The notes: generated from the sequence alone by a model not told the origin. A stretch of DNA of 64,000 nt from Treponemataceae bacterium (GCA_963678065.2 CAXXVZ010000003.1:1024001-1088000); one strand, 5' to 3'. Shown: positions 29,217 through 39,033, numbered from the stretch's first letter. Numbers and translations are program-made.

Positions 29217-30437
29217 TTAGGTTACAGAGCCAGCATCCTCGAGGAGCCTGTCGAAGAGGCTCAGGTAGCGTCGCGCGCACTCCTCTGTCCTTTCGGGCTG
29301 CGCGATGAGGCTCGCCGCGAAGAATGCCTCCCTCTCCATGTCGAAAAAATAGCCGGGATGTATCCAGACCCCCCCCTCGGCGAGAAGGCGGCGGGCCAGT
29401 TCCTCTTCGGATTCAAGCCGGGGACTCTGCAGGAGGGCCGTCCATCCTCCCTCGCAGCGGAGGACGCGGTGGGGGGAGGCGGGCTTCTCCAGAGTGTCTC
29501 GCAGGATGGACATGTTTTCGGCCATTCTGGCCCTCGTCGCGCCGACGAATGCATCCGACTCGCGAAGTATGGACGGCAGGGCGAGCATGACGGGCGTGCC
29601 GGCGGAAAGATAGGAATCGGCTATGATCTCGAGCCGCGCCATGGCTTCCCGGACTTCGACTCCGGGACCGGAAACCGTCGTCCACGCGAGTTTGAAGCCC
29701 GGAAGCCCCGCCAGCTTGGAGAGCCCGTCCAGAGTGAAGCAAGGGACGCGGTTTTCTCCCGCAAAACTCCGGCGCCCGTCCCGCGCCTCGAAGGCGAAAT
29801 CGAAGAAGACCTCGTCGGAAATGATGGCGAGCCCGCAGCGCTCGCAGAGTTCCAGGATTGTTTCCCGCTCGGCCTTCTGGATGTAGGACCCCGTCGGATT
29901 GTTGGGATTGATGAGGACGATCGCCTTCACTCTCTTGCCTGCGGGGGATGCGAGGAAAGAGGCCAGTCCGTCGGTATCGACGCTCCAACCCGAGGGGTGG
30001 GCGTATTCAAGCCGGTAAGGAAGGACCCGGACAGCCTCAAGGCCGGCGAGGTAGTCGAACAGCGGATAGCCCGGCTTGGGGACGAGGACGGCATCCCCAG
30101 GATCGCAGAGAAGCTTGAAGAGCCAGCTGTAGGCCTCGGAGGTGGAGGCGCCGAGAAAGATGTTCCCCGGCGGCATCCCGATTCCTCTTCCGGCAAAGCG
30201 CGCCGAGAGGGCCTCGCGGGCGGAGATGAGCCCGCGGGGATCGGGACTGTATCCGAGCGCCGAGGGACCGGAAAGAAGGCCGGGAAAACCTGACCAGATG
30301 CCGGCACAGAGTCCCGCCCTGGAGGGATTGCTCTCGGAGAAATCGAGGATCGTGCCCCCGCGCCGCAGGATGTCGGCTTTGAGGAGAGAGAGGGGGTTGG
30401 AAGGCAGGGGCCAATCGAGTCTGTCGGAGAATTTCAT
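29217..30437 (-). CDS. PLP-dependent aminotransferase class I/II
   Basis: STSEAYS, PGYPLF, NPNNPTG, ISDEVF, GLSK (PLP lysine). Confidence 0.88.
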   Translation of the reverse strand: MKFSDRLDWPLPSNPLSLLKADILRRGGTILDFSESNPSRAGLCAGIWSGFPGLLSGPSALGYSPDPRGLISAREALSARFAGRGIGMPPGNIFLGASTSEAYSWLFKLLCDPGDAVLVPKPGYPLFDYLAGLEAVRVLPYRLEYAHPSGWSVDTDGLASFLASPAGKRVKAIVLINPNNPTGSYIQKAERETILELCERCGLAIISDEVFFDFAFEARDGRRSFAGENRVPCFTLDGLSKLAGLPGFKLAWTTVSGPGVEVREAMARLEIIADSYLSAGTPVMLALPSILRESDAFVGATRARMAENMSILRDTLEKPASPHRVLRCEGGWTALLQSPRLESEEELARRLLAEGGVWIHPGYFFDMEREAFFAASLIAQPERTEECARRYLSLFDRLLEDAGSVT

Positions 30438-30487
30438 CAGGATGGAGAGTATAGCCTGAATGAGCGAAGGGATGTACACTCGGTTCC

Positions 30488-31402
30488 GTGAACGGCCAGA
30501 ATCGGAAAGGCGCGCCCGGCGGAAGCTCAGGGTTCGGAGCGCCGGCGGGAACGCAGGGACCCGTCGTGTTCGAAGGAGCATGGCTCGTGGAAAGGGCCTG
30601 CGCGTCCAGGCTGGACATCACCGAGATTCTCTGCGTTCCCGCGCGGGAAGCCTGGGCCAGGACTCTCATCGCCAGCCGGACGAGCGGGGGCGGAGAAGCT
30701 CTCCCGGTCCCGAGGGTCCTTCCGGAAGCTGAGCTCTCCGGAATCGCGGGCTATGCCTTCCACAGGGGCGTCATCGCCTTCGCGAGAAGGCCAGCCGCGT
30801 CTGAGCCCGGAGTCATGCTCGCAGGGATCGTCCCGGCGATTGCCGGCAGAGCAAGCATTCTCGTCCTTCCCGAAACCATCGACCCCGAAAATCTCGGAGC
30901 CTCGTTCCGCAACGCGGCCGCCTTTGGCTGCGCTGCCCTCCTCCTCGGTCCCGGCTGCCCCGATCCCTTTTCACGCCGCGTTCTCCGTGTCTCGATGGGC
31001 GCCCCCTTGAGCCTTCCCTGGGCGAGAATCTCCGGCCCGGCGGATCTCATCCTCTGCGGCGTTTATGGCTTCACGACGGCCGCCTGCGTCCTCGATCCCG
31101 AAGCTCCGGATCTCCGGACCTGGGATCCCCCTCCCCGCCTCGCCCTCGTGCTCGGGAACGAGGCCTACGGCCTCTCTCCTGAATGGCTCGCGGCCTGCAA
31201 GACGCGAGTGACCCTGCCGATGGGCTCCGGAGCCGATTCGCTGAATGTCGCCACGGCCGGGGCGGTGTTCCTCTACGCTCTTTCGGCTCGGGATGCCCAA
31301 GCCCGGAATTCCATCCCGCCTTCTACCGAATCGGTGACTTCCGGCGATCCAGAGTCCGCAGGAGAAGCCTCGCCGGGAGCCGAAGTTCCCGCGTTTTCAT
31401 GA
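30488..31402 (+). CDS. TrmH/SpoU family RNA methyltransferase
   Basis: FHRG, DPENLGA.FRNA, RVSMGA, LGNEAYGL, DSLNVA. Confidence 0.88.
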   Translation: MNGQNRKGAPGGSSGFGAPAGTQGPVVFEGAWLVERACASRLDITEILCVPAREAWARTLIASRTSGGGEALPVPRVLPEAELSGIAGYAFHRGVIAFARRPAASEPGVMLAGIVPAIAGRASILVLPETIDPENLGASFRNAAAFGCAALLLGPGCPDPFSRRVLRVSMGAPLSLPWARISGPADLILCGVYGFTTAACVLDPEAPDLRTWDPPPRLALVLGNEAYGLSPEWLAACKTRVTLPMGSGADSLNVATAGAVFLYALSARDAQARNSIPPSTESVTSGDPESAGEASPGAEVPAFS

Positions 31403-31430
31403 AAACCTCGTGCATCGTGCGATATTTGTA

Positions 31431-31468
31431 TTGACATATTTCTATATTGAAAATATCATATATTGATA
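31431..31468 (+). promoter_or_regulatory. sigma70 promoter with overlapping operator-like repeats
   Basis: TTGACA(31431)-17-TATCAT(31454); inverted repeat TATCA-TATAT-TGATA 31454-31468; TATATTGA direct repeat at 31443 and 31459. Confidence 0.65.
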
Positions 31469-31478
31469 AGGAACAGAC

Positions 31479-33137
31479 ATGGAAAAGAAAATCGTGATTG
31501 TCGGTGGTGTTGCGGCGGGAGCGACAGCGGCGGCCCGCATCCGGAGACTCGACGAAACAGCCTCCATCACCATCATAGAGAAGGGCCCCTACGTCTCCTT
31601 CGCCAACTGCGGACTTCCCTACAGGATTTCAGGCGACATAGCCAAGCGCAGCGCCCTCATACTCCAGACGCCGGAGGGTTTTCTCGCCAGGTACAAGGTC
31701 GAAGTCCAGCTCTCCACCGAGGCCATCGCCATCGACCGCGCCGGAAAAAACCTGAAAGTCCGCGGCCCGGAGGGCGAAAAGGACATTCCCTACGACAGCC
31801 TTATCCTGGCCCAGGGCGGCTCGCCCTTCACTCCGGGCATCGCGGGCACCGGCGCGGCCCATGTCTTCAAGCTCTGGACCATCCCCGACATGGACGCGAT
31901 CCAGAAATACATCGAGAACGAAAAACCTGCCAGCGCTCTCGTCCTCGGGGGAGGCTTCATAGGGCTCGAGGTTGCCGAAGCGTTCATAAAGCGAGGACTG
32001 TCCACTACCATCGTCGAACTGACCGACCACATCATGCCGCCGGCCGACACAGAATTCGGAGCCCTCATAGCCGGCGCCTTCCATGAGGCTGGAGCCGAAG
32101 TCAGGACAGGCGTATCCGTCGTCTCCATCGACGCGGAGAAAAAGACCGCGACACTCTCGGACGGTTCCACGGTACCGGCCGGAATAGTTCTCATCTCGGC
32201 GGGAGTCAGACCCAACCTCGACCTCGCCCGCGCGGCCGGTCTCGGGATCGGCGCCGCAGGAGGCCTTTCGGTGGACGAAACCCTCGCGACGAGCGATCCC
32301 CACATCTGGGCGGCGGGCGATATGGTTGAAATCAGACGCCTCGTGGACGGGCGGACTGTCCGCATTCCACTCGCCGGCCCCGCCAACAGGCAGGGACGCA
32401 TCGCCGGAACCAACGCCCTCGGTGGCTCTGAAACCTACTCAGGCGCCCTCGGAACCTCGGTCTTCAAGGCCGTCGAATCGACCTTCGCGATGACGGGGCT
32501 TTCGGAGAAGGCTGCGCGCGACGCGGGCTTCCCCGTGAAGACTTCCACGGTGTTCAGGGGCGATCACGCCTCCTACTACCCCGGCGCGCAGGAACTCGCC
32601 CTGAAACTGGTCTACGACGGCTCTTCGGGCCGCCTCCTCGGAGCCCAGGCCTTCGGCAAGGCCGGCGTGGAGAAGCGCATCGACGTGGCAGCCACAGCCC
32701 TCGCGGCGGGGATGAAGGTCTCGGACCTCGCCCGCCTCGACCTCGCCTACGCCCCGCCCTACTCCTCGGCGAACGACCCCATCAACATGGCGGCCTTCGC
32801 CGCGGAAAACGACATGTCGGGATATTCCCCGAATGTCGCTCCGGCCGAGGCGCTCGCCGCGGCGAAGGAGGCGATCCTCCTCGACGTGAGGACCTACGGG
32901 GAGTTCTCGAAACTCTCGCTTGCGGGTTCGGTCCACATTCCCCTGGACGAACTGCGCGACCGCCTCGACGAATTGCCCCGCGACAGAGCCATTCTCGTAG
33001 TCTCGAAGGCGGGTTACGAGGGCCACCTCGCCGCGAGAATCCTCGCGCAGTCCGGACATCCCGGCGTACGCTACGTCTCGGGCGGCATTTCCGCGATGAA
33101 ACTTTTCCCTTCTTTCAGATCGGCACAAGAAGACTGA
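31479..33137 (+). CDS. CoA-disulfide/persulfide reductase with C-terminal rhodanese domain (CoADR-RHD/Npsr type)
   Basis: GGVAAG, SFANCGLPY redox Cys, GGGFIG, YAPPY, C-terminal LLDVR rhodanese fold. Confidence 0.88.
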   Translation: MEKKIVIVGGVAAGATAAARIRRLDETASITIIEKGPYVSFANCGLPYRISGDIAKRSALILQTPEGFLARYKVEVQLSTEAIAIDRAGKNLKVRGPEGEKDIPYDSLILAQGGSPFTPGIAGTGAAHVFKLWTIPDMDAIQKYIENEKPASALVLGGGFIGLEVAEAFIKRGLSTTIVELTDHIMPPADTEFGALIAGAFHEAGAEVRTGVSVVSIDAEKKTATLSDGSTVPAGIVLISAGVRPNLDLARAAGLGIGAAGGLSVDETLATSDPHIWAAGDMVEIRRLVDGRTVRIPLAGPANRQGRIAGTNALGGSETYSGALGTSVFKAVESTFAMTGLSEKAARDAGFPVKTSTVFRGDHASYYPGAQELALKLVYDGSSGRLLGAQAFGKAGVEKRIDVAATALAAGMKVSDLARLDLAYAPPYSSANDPINMAAFAAENDMSGYSPNVAPAEALAAAKEAILLDVRTYGEFSKLSLAGSVHIPLDELRDRLDELPRDRAILVVSKAGYEGHLAARILAQSGHPGVRYVSGGISAMKLFPSFRSAQED

Positions 33138-33169
33138 AGGGCAGCAGGTATACAGAAGAGGAGCATGAC

Positions 33170-33445
33170 ATGGCAAACGAAGTATCAAGGAAGATCGCGG
33201 CCGGCGCGGCCGTAGTCGACGTGAGGACCGCCGATGAATATGGGGACGGCCACTATCCGGCGGCGAAAAACATTCCCGTCAGCGAGATCATGGCGCGCAT
33301 GGGCGAAATCGGCCCCAGGGACAAACCTGTCATCGTGTACTGCGCCTCGGGCGCCCGCTCGGCTCTCGCGGCCAAGCTCCTCAAGGCCAACGGATTCACC
33401 GACGTCATGAACGCCGGCGGCATCGACGACATGCCCGCAAACTAA
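33170..33445 (+). CDS. Single-domain rhodanese (sulfurtransferase)
   Basis: VVDVRT..EY..GH, YCASGARS active loop. Confidence 0.9.
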   Translation: MANEVSRKIAAGAAVVDVRTADEYGDGHYPAAKNIPVSEIMARMGEIGPRDKPVIVYCASGARSALAAKLLKANGFTDVMNAGGIDDMPAN

Positions 33446-33465
33446 AGACGACAGATCCGGCAAAT

Positions 33466-33510
33466 AAAAAAGCCGCGCTCCCCGCCGAAAGACGGAAGGG
33501 CGCGGCTTTT
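33466..33510. terminator. Bidirectional intrinsic terminator
   Basis: AAAAAAGCCGCGCTC...GGGCGCGGCTTTT between convergent operons. Confidence 0.75.
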
Positions 33511-33599
33511 CGCCGTCCAGGAGGACTGCGCGGCGACTGGTGAAGCCCCGCATGCCATCAGTCCGGCACAGGACTGTCGGGCATTCGCGGGCCCGTCAC

Positions 33600-34667
33600 T
33601 CACTTGCCGACGCGGATCTCCTGCCAGACCTTGTTGTACTTCTCGAGGTCGGCTCCGACATCCTTTTTCAGCTCGCAGGTCGCGAGGGATTCGGCCGAAT
33701 ACCAGGTGTTGCCCTTCTTGAGGGCCCGGGCCGGGACGTTGCAGGTGGCGGGGAATCCGAAATAGTCCACGAACTCCGCGTAAACCTCGGGCCTGTGGAT
33801 GAAGTCCATGAACTTGTAGGCGAGATCTTTGTTCTTGGAGTTCTTGAGGAGGACCATGGAGTCGATGTACATGGGGCCGCCCTCCTTCGGGATGAAGAAG
33901 TCGACCTCGTTCCACTTGGTCTTGTCCACTTCAGCGTAGATGGACTCCGCGTAGCCTTGGGCGACGAGTACCTCGCCGGAGGCGAAGTTTTTCGCGAAGG
34001 CCTCGGCGTCGAACTTGAGAAGATTGGGTTTCCATCCTTTATTCACGAGGTCGCGGGCTTTGGCGAGCTCGCCCTCGTCCACCGAGTTGACCGAGTAGCC
34101 GAGGAATTTGAGTGCGTCCCCGAGGACCTCGCGCATATCGTCCAGCATGACCATCTTTCCGGCGAGATCCTTGCGGCTGAAGATGGACCAGCTCTTGTCG
34201 TATTTCGCGACTTTGGCCTTGTTTACGGCGATGCCGGCGGCGCCCATGTAGTAGGGAACGGAATACTTGTTTCCTGGGTCGAAGTCGCAGCGCGAAAGGA
34301 CTTCGGGGTCGATGTTCTTGAAGGTCGAAATCTTGTCCCGGCCAATTTCCTGGATCATGCCTTCCTTGATCATGATCGAGACATAGTCGCCCGAAGGGAA
34401 GGTGATATCGTAGTCGGCCCCGCCCGCCTTGAGTTTGGCGAACATCTCCTCGTTGGACGCGAAGGAGTCGTAGATGACGTCGACATTGAATTCCTTCTCG
34501 AATTTCTTGATGACCGAATCCGGAATGTAGTAAGTCCAGTTAAAAATATAGAGTTTTTTCTGGTTTTTCGCCGAATTCTTGCCGGAACAGCCGCCAAGCG
34601 CCAAAACAGTCAACAAAAGAATACATGCCGAAGCGGGGATAATAAGCCCGCGGAGGATTTTTTTCAT
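33600..34667 (-). CDS. potD: Spermidine/putrescine ABC substrate-binding lipoprotein
   Basis: Lipobox LGGC, NWTYY, SNEEM, PSGDY, PKEG motifs. Confidence 0.9.
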   Translation of the reverse strand: MKKILRGLIIPASACILLLTVLALGGCSGKNSAKNQKKLYIFNWTYYIPDSVIKKFEKEFNVDVIYDSFASNEEMFAKLKAGGADYDITFPSGDYVSIMIKEGMIQEIGRDKISTFKNIDPEVLSRCDFDPGNKYSVPYYMGAAGIAVNKAKVAKYDKSWSIFSRKDLAGKMVMLDDMREVLGDALKFLGYSVNSVDEGELAKARDLVNKGWKPNLLKFDAEAFAKNFASGEVLVAQGYAESIYAEVDKTKWNEVDFFIPKEGGPMYIDSMVLLKNSKNKDLAYKFMDFIHRPEVYAEFVDYFGFPATCNVPARALKKGNTWYSAESLATCELKKDVGADLEKYNKVWQEIRVGK

Positions 34668-34753
34668 TTTTCCTCCCCCTTATCGACCGATGATTCCGGA
34701 ACCCAGGGCTCCGGTTTCGGCCCGGCGGGACACGACCCTATCGGGCCGCACCC

Positions 34754-35635
34754 TTACCGGGCCGCGAAAGCTTTCAGGAAATTGCGCAGCGGGTACACGA
34801 GCAGGATGGTTCCAGCCACCATGACGACTGACAGCGCGTTGATGACGGGCGAGACACCGAAGCGGATCATCGAGTAGATGTAGAGCGGCAGGGTCGTCGC
34901 CCCCGGTCCCGAGACGAAGAAGGTGATGACGAAATCCTCGAGAGAGAGGGTGATCGCCGTAATGAACCCGGAAGCGATGCCAGGAAGAGCCACCGGGATT
35001 ATGACGCGCAGAAGGGTCTGCACCTCGTTGGCCCCGAGGTCCCTGGCCGCCTCGATGATGGTCGGATCGAATTCCTCCATCCTCGCCGACACGAGGAGAT
35101 AGACGAATGGCAGGTTGAAGGTGGTGTGGGCGATCCAGACCGTCGCCATGCCGAGCTTGAGTCCGACGCCGGCGAAAAACACGAGGAGAGAGACGCCCAC
35201 GACGATCTCGGGGAGAATCATGGGCAAAAAGCTCATGGCTTTCACGTAGGGCTTGAGTCGGAACGAGTAGCGCGCCGTCCCCACGGCGGCCAGCGTGCCG
35301 AGGACAGTGGCGGCGCAGGCTGAACCGAAGGCGACGACGATGCTGTTGCGGAAGGCGTGCCAGAGGTCGGGAGAATCGAAGAGGAGTTTCTCGTACCAGA
35401 CTGTGGAGAAACCCGTCCAGCTGCCGCCGCGGGAGGAATTGAAGGAGTAGATCAGGAGGACGACGAGGGGCATGAAGAGGAAACCGATCACGACCCAGAA
35501 CAGTATGTCGGAGAAGGTCGTCTTCTTCGGCATGATGGATGCGGCGAGTCTCGCACCCTTCCGGAGGGCGCGTCTCGTCTTCCAGATGGCGGCGACCCTC
35601 CAGGGGCTGATCCGGTGTATCCGGGCCGCGCTCAT
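34754..35635 (-). CDS. potC: Spermidine/putrescine ABC permease
   Basis: YSFN, LPEIVVG, EAARDLGA, SLEDFVITFF. Confidence 0.9.
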   Translation of the reverse strand: MSAARIHRISPWRVAAIWKTRRALRKGARLAASIMPKKTTFSDILFWVVIGFLFMPLVVLLIYSFNSSRGGSWTGFSTVWYEKLLFDSPDLWHAFRNSIVVAFGSACAATVLGTLAAVGTARYSFRLKPYVKAMSFLPMILPEIVVGVSLLVFFAGVGLKLGMATVWIAHTTFNLPFVYLLVSARMEEFDPTIIEAARDLGANEVQTLLRVIIPVALPGIASGFITAITLSLEDFVITFFVSGPGATTLPLYIYSMIRFGVSPVINALSVVMVAGTILLVYPLRNFLKAFAAR

Positions 35636-36567
35636 CGTCCGGTCTCCGCGGCGGAGGATCTGGCAGAGACGATCCCGCGGGGGGTCCCTGTGCCGTCTCC
35701 GCTGTTTCTGATGCTCTCGGCGATGCGTTCCCGCGCCCGCGCCGACTGCGATCTCGACCGGAGGGCGAAGAGCATGGCTGCCACGGCCGTCATGAAGGTC
35801 ACCGACATGCTGATGGACGAGGCGAGCGGCCAGTTCCGCGTCTTCGTGACCTGGTCGGCGATGACGTTGCCGAGCATGTAGGAGTCTTTCCCGCCGACGA
35901 GGAGGGGGACGGCGTAGGCTCCGAAAATCGGGATGAAGGTGAAGAGCACGGCCGTCACGATGCCGCCCCTGATGTTGGGCAGCATGATGCGCAGGTAGGA
36001 CTGCATCCTCGTCGCCCCGAGATCGCGGGCGGCTTCTAGGAGTGTGAAGTCGAACTTGTCGATGGTGGAAAAGAGGGGGAGAATGGCGTAGGGAAGGTAC
36101 ATGTAGACGAGGACGATGATGACGGCGCCTTGATTGTAGAGGAACTGGATCGGCTCGGCGCGCAAGCCCGCGATGGCGAGGAGGTCGTTCAGAAAGCCCG
36201 TGTTCCCGAGGATGGCTATCCAGGCGTAGATGCGCACGAGGAAGTTCGTCCAGAAGGGAACGATGACGAGGAAGAGCTTGACGGTCTGATTGTGGCTCCG
36301 CGCGATGCTGTATCCGCAGGGAAGGGCTATGAGAATCGTCAGGATGGTCGCGGCGACGGAAACCCAGAGAGTCCTGAACGCGACGGTGAGGAGTGTAGGA
36401 TTGGCCAGGGCTGCGTAGGCGTCCAGGCTGAACTCGGACGTCACGCCGCCGTACAGCCCCTTCTGCAGAAATGAATATGCGACAATTATGAAGATTGGCG
36501 CCGCAAAAAAGAGGCTGAGCCAGAGAGCCTGGGGCGCGGCGTAGACCGCTCCGTAGTTGCGTTTCAT
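35632..36567 (-). CDS. potB: Spermidine/putrescine ABC permease
   Basis: PFWTNFLVRIYAW, EAARDLGA, NWPLAS; start ATG 36567. Confidence 0.9.
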   Translation of the reverse strand: MKRNYGAVYAAPQALWLSLFFAAPIFIIVAYSFLQKGLYGGVTSEFSLDAYAALANPTLLTVAFRTLWVSVAATILTILIALPCGYSIARSHNQTVKLFLVIVPFWTNFLVRIYAWIAILGNTGFLNDLLAIAGLRAEPIQFLYNQGAVIIVLVYMYLPYAILPLFSTIDKFDFTLLEAARDLGATRMQSYLRIMLPNIRGGIVTAVLFTFIPIFGAYAVPLLVGGKDSYMLGNVIADQVTKTRNWPLASSISMSVTFMTAVAAMLFALRSRSQSARARERIAESIRNSGDGTGTPRGIVSARSSAAETGR

Positions 36568-36577
36568 CGGCGTATGT

Positions 36578-37675
36578 TCAATTTTCGACCACGACGGCGT
36601 CGTGGGCGCTGAAGGAGAGGTAGACTTCATCCTTCCACTCGATGTCGGGAACTCCCTCGGACCAGGTGGCGTGCTGCCGGAAAACGGCGATGGGAGTCGG
36701 AGCACCGACACCGACGAGGTACTTGGTCTGGAAGCCGGAATAGATCGGCTCGGCCACGATACCGCGCAGGATGTTCATGTCGCCGTGAACATGAGGAGAT
36801 TCAGGTGAAATCCTGATTTTTTCCGGCCGCACGGTGACACTCACCGCGCTTCCCTCGGTCAGGGGCCGGTCCTCCTCGACGAAGATCGAACCATAATCCT
36901 CGGTCGCGACCGTCAGGATCTGTCCGCGGCGGGCGGTGACTGTCCCGGAAAACATGTTTGTCTCGCCGATGAAGCGGGCGACGAAGTCAGAGGCGGGATT
37001 CTCGTAGATCTGTTGGGGACTGCCGACCTGGAGGATGTCGCCCGCGTTCATCACGGCGATCCGGTCCGAAACGGAGAGGGCTTCCTGCTGGTCGTGGGTG
37101 ACGTAGATGAAGGTGATTCCGACAGTGTCGTGGATGGCGTCCAGCTCCATGAGCATGTGTTGGCGGAGCTTGGCGTCCAAGGCGGAGAGGGGCTCGTCCA
37201 GGAGGAGGACGGAGGGCTCGTTGATGAGGGCCCGCGCAATGGCCACGCGCTGCTTCTGACCGCCTGAGAGCATGGATGGCTTCTTGTCCGCGTGTGCCTC
37301 GAGCTGGACGAGGGCGAGATGTTTGCGCACGAGTTCCCGGACCAGCTTGGGCTGCGTCTTCCTGATGCGCAGGGGAAAGGCCACATTCTCGAAGACGGTG
37401 AGGTGGGGAAAGAGGGCGTAGCTCTGGAAAACGGTATTGCAGTGCCTTTTGTCCGGAGGGAGACCGGAGACCTCGCGGTTGTCGATGCTGATGGTGCCGC
37501 AGTCGGGGTCTTCGAAGCCCGCGATGACCCGCAGAAGCGTCGTTTTGCCGCAGCCCGAGGGGCCGAGAAGGGAGAAGAACTCCCCTTTTTTTATAGTCAG
37601 CGAAACATCCTTCAGCGCCTTGAAGTCGCCGAAGGACTTGGACACGCCCGAAACGGTAACATCGGAACCTTTCAC
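36578..37675 (-). CDS. potA: Spermidine/putrescine ABC ATP-binding protein
   Basis: GPSGCGKTT, FQSYALFPH, LSGGQ, DEPLSALD, TOBE tail. Confidence 0.92.
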   Translation of the reverse strand: MKGSDVTVSGVSKSFGDFKALKDVSLTIKKGEFFSLLGPSGCGKTTLLRVIAGFEDPDCGTISIDNREVSGLPPDKRHCNTVFQSYALFPHLTVFENVAFPLRIRKTQPKLVRELVRKHLALVQLEAHADKKPSMLSGGQKQRVAIARALINEPSVLLLDEPLSALDAKLRQHMLMELDAIHDTVGITFIYVTHDQQEALSVSDRIAVMNAGDILQVGSPQQIYENPASDFVARFIGETNMFSGTVTARRGQILTVATEDYGSIFVEEDRPLTEGSAVSVTVRPEKIRISPESPHVHGDMNILRGIVAEPIYSGFQTKYLVGVGAPTPIAVFRQHATWSEGVPDIEWKDEVYLSFSAHDAVVVEN

Positions 37676-37714
37676 CGCTTCACGTCTCCTCGTCGGGTGG
37701 TATCTTCTTGGGAT

Positions 37715-37743
37715 GGTATAAGTAATGACGAATCATTCGTCAA
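37715..37743 (-). promoter_or_regulatory. pot operon promoter with a perfect palindromic operator over the -35
   Basis: - strand TTGACG-17-TATACC; TGACGAAT-C-ATTCGTCA at 37726-37742. Confidence 0.6.
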
Positions 37744-37833
37744 TATACTTTGAGAAAAATATCCCCGATAATCCGTATATTCACTCGGAATCGCGGAGGA
37801 ATCCCCACCCGAGGCGGGCTCCCGGAGCCGCAC

Positions 37834-38985
37834 TCAGATCCGTGAATCATTCAGCCCGGCTTCGTAGCAGGTGAAGCACTCCCGGATCCTGAACCCTTCG
37901 GAGAGATAGAGGGCGAGGGCCTTCCCGTTTTCCGCGTTGACGGAGAGATCGACGCGCTGAAATCGCCGTTCTGCCACAGATGCCTCGCCATTGGCTACGC
38001 CGGATGCCTCGCCATTGGCTACGCCGGATGCCTCGCCATTGGCTACGCCGGATGCCTCGCCATTGGCTACGCCAATGGCGGCGCGGAGAAGGATCCTCCC
38101 GTACCCCCGCCCTTGAAATGCCGGGAAGACGGCGATTGGACCTATCGTGGCGCTCTGCGAATGAGGTTCCTCGAGATTGACGAGGATGCAGGCAAGGCCG
38201 GCGAGGCTCGCTTCTGCCAAGAGGAAAATGTAGGAGTCAGCAAATTCCGCTTCGGCGTGCAGGCTGCGCTCCAGGCCCTCAGGATCGAGATGGTTGTGGC
38301 CGGCCAGGGCCGCGAAGGCCTCGTTGATGATCGAACACCAGGCAGGGGCAGCGACGGGGTCGAGGCCTCCCGCCGGATCGCGAAGTCCGGCACGGAGCAA
38401 TCGCAGTCCGGGAGGAAGTCCACAGTGACTTGCCGGTGCGCGCAGAGAAGAGGCTTCCACGGTCGGCAGATCGGAAGGACAATGGATTGAGAAAGACGGA
38501 TTCAGCGGGTCAGGGTCAACGGGATAGTTCAATGTATACTGGGCGTCGGCGGGACCGAGAGGCCTGTCGAGAACCCAGGAATGGCGCTTGGCGGAAAAGC
38601 CGAGGGATTCCCATACTGCGCGCGCGGCGGTCGCCGTGCCGGGCAGGAAGGCGTAGACGCGGGGAACAATGCTTGCGCAGCACGAGCGGGCCGCCTCGAA
38701 AAGCATCCTGTAGTCTTCCCCCCTTCCGCCCGCCGAATGGAAGATTCTGAGCCGCGCGAGGCCTCTTTCGCGCGAGGCGGGGTCGAGCATGACAGAGATG
38801 GCGCCGAGGATTTCCCCTCCCCCTGCCCTCCTCCTGAGGACCCAGGCCCGGTCATGCTCGCCGAAATCGCCGAGATCGGGCTCGGAGAGCCAGGAGTCGT
38901 CGTGTTCGCCGCGGTGGGCGCGGCAATAGTCCAGGAGGCCTTCACGGTTTTCCGGCCCTACGGCCTCGATGTGGTATGATTCCAT
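37834..38985 (-). CDS. Tandem GNAT-family acetyltransferase
   Basis: C-terminal GNAT: IAVFPAFQGRGYG, LSVNAEN..ALALY..EGF; degenerate N-terminal GNAT. Confidence 0.75.
   Translation of the reverse strand: MESYHIEAVGPENREGLLDYCRAHRGEHDDSWLSEPDLGDFGEHDRAWVLRRRAGGGEILGAISVMLDPASRERGLARLRIFHSAGGRGEDYRMLFEAARSCCASIVPRVYAFLPGTATAARAVWESLGFSAKRHSWVLDRPLGPADAQYTLNYPVDPDPLNPSFSIHCPSDLPTVEASSLRAPASHCGLPPGLRLLRAGLRDPAGGLDPVAAPAWCSIINEAFAALAGHNHLDPEGLERSLHAEAEFADSYIFLLAEASLAGLACILVNLEEPHSQSATIGPIAVFPAFQGRGYGRILLRAAIGVANGEASGVANGEASGVANGEASGVANGEASVAERRFQRVDLSVNAENGKALALYLSEGFRIRECFTCYEAGLNDSRI
37979..38073. repeat. 24-bp tandem repeat x4 (encodes GVANGEAS)
   Basis: GATGCCTCGCCATTGGCTACGCCG repeated four times (last copy lacks the final G). 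Confidence 0.97.
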
Positions 38986-39033
38986 ACGGTTTCCACGTCC
39001 TCCCGGAGCCAGGCTTCTCTCGGATTCCAGGTT

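Noticed and set aside
33540..34877. 445-aa + strand ORF and similar long overlapping ORFs
   Set aside because: Antisense shadows of well-supported genes in high-GC DNA
37979..38073. Possible CRISPR array
   Set aside because: Repeats abut with no spacers, lie in frame in a CDS, and no cas genes are present
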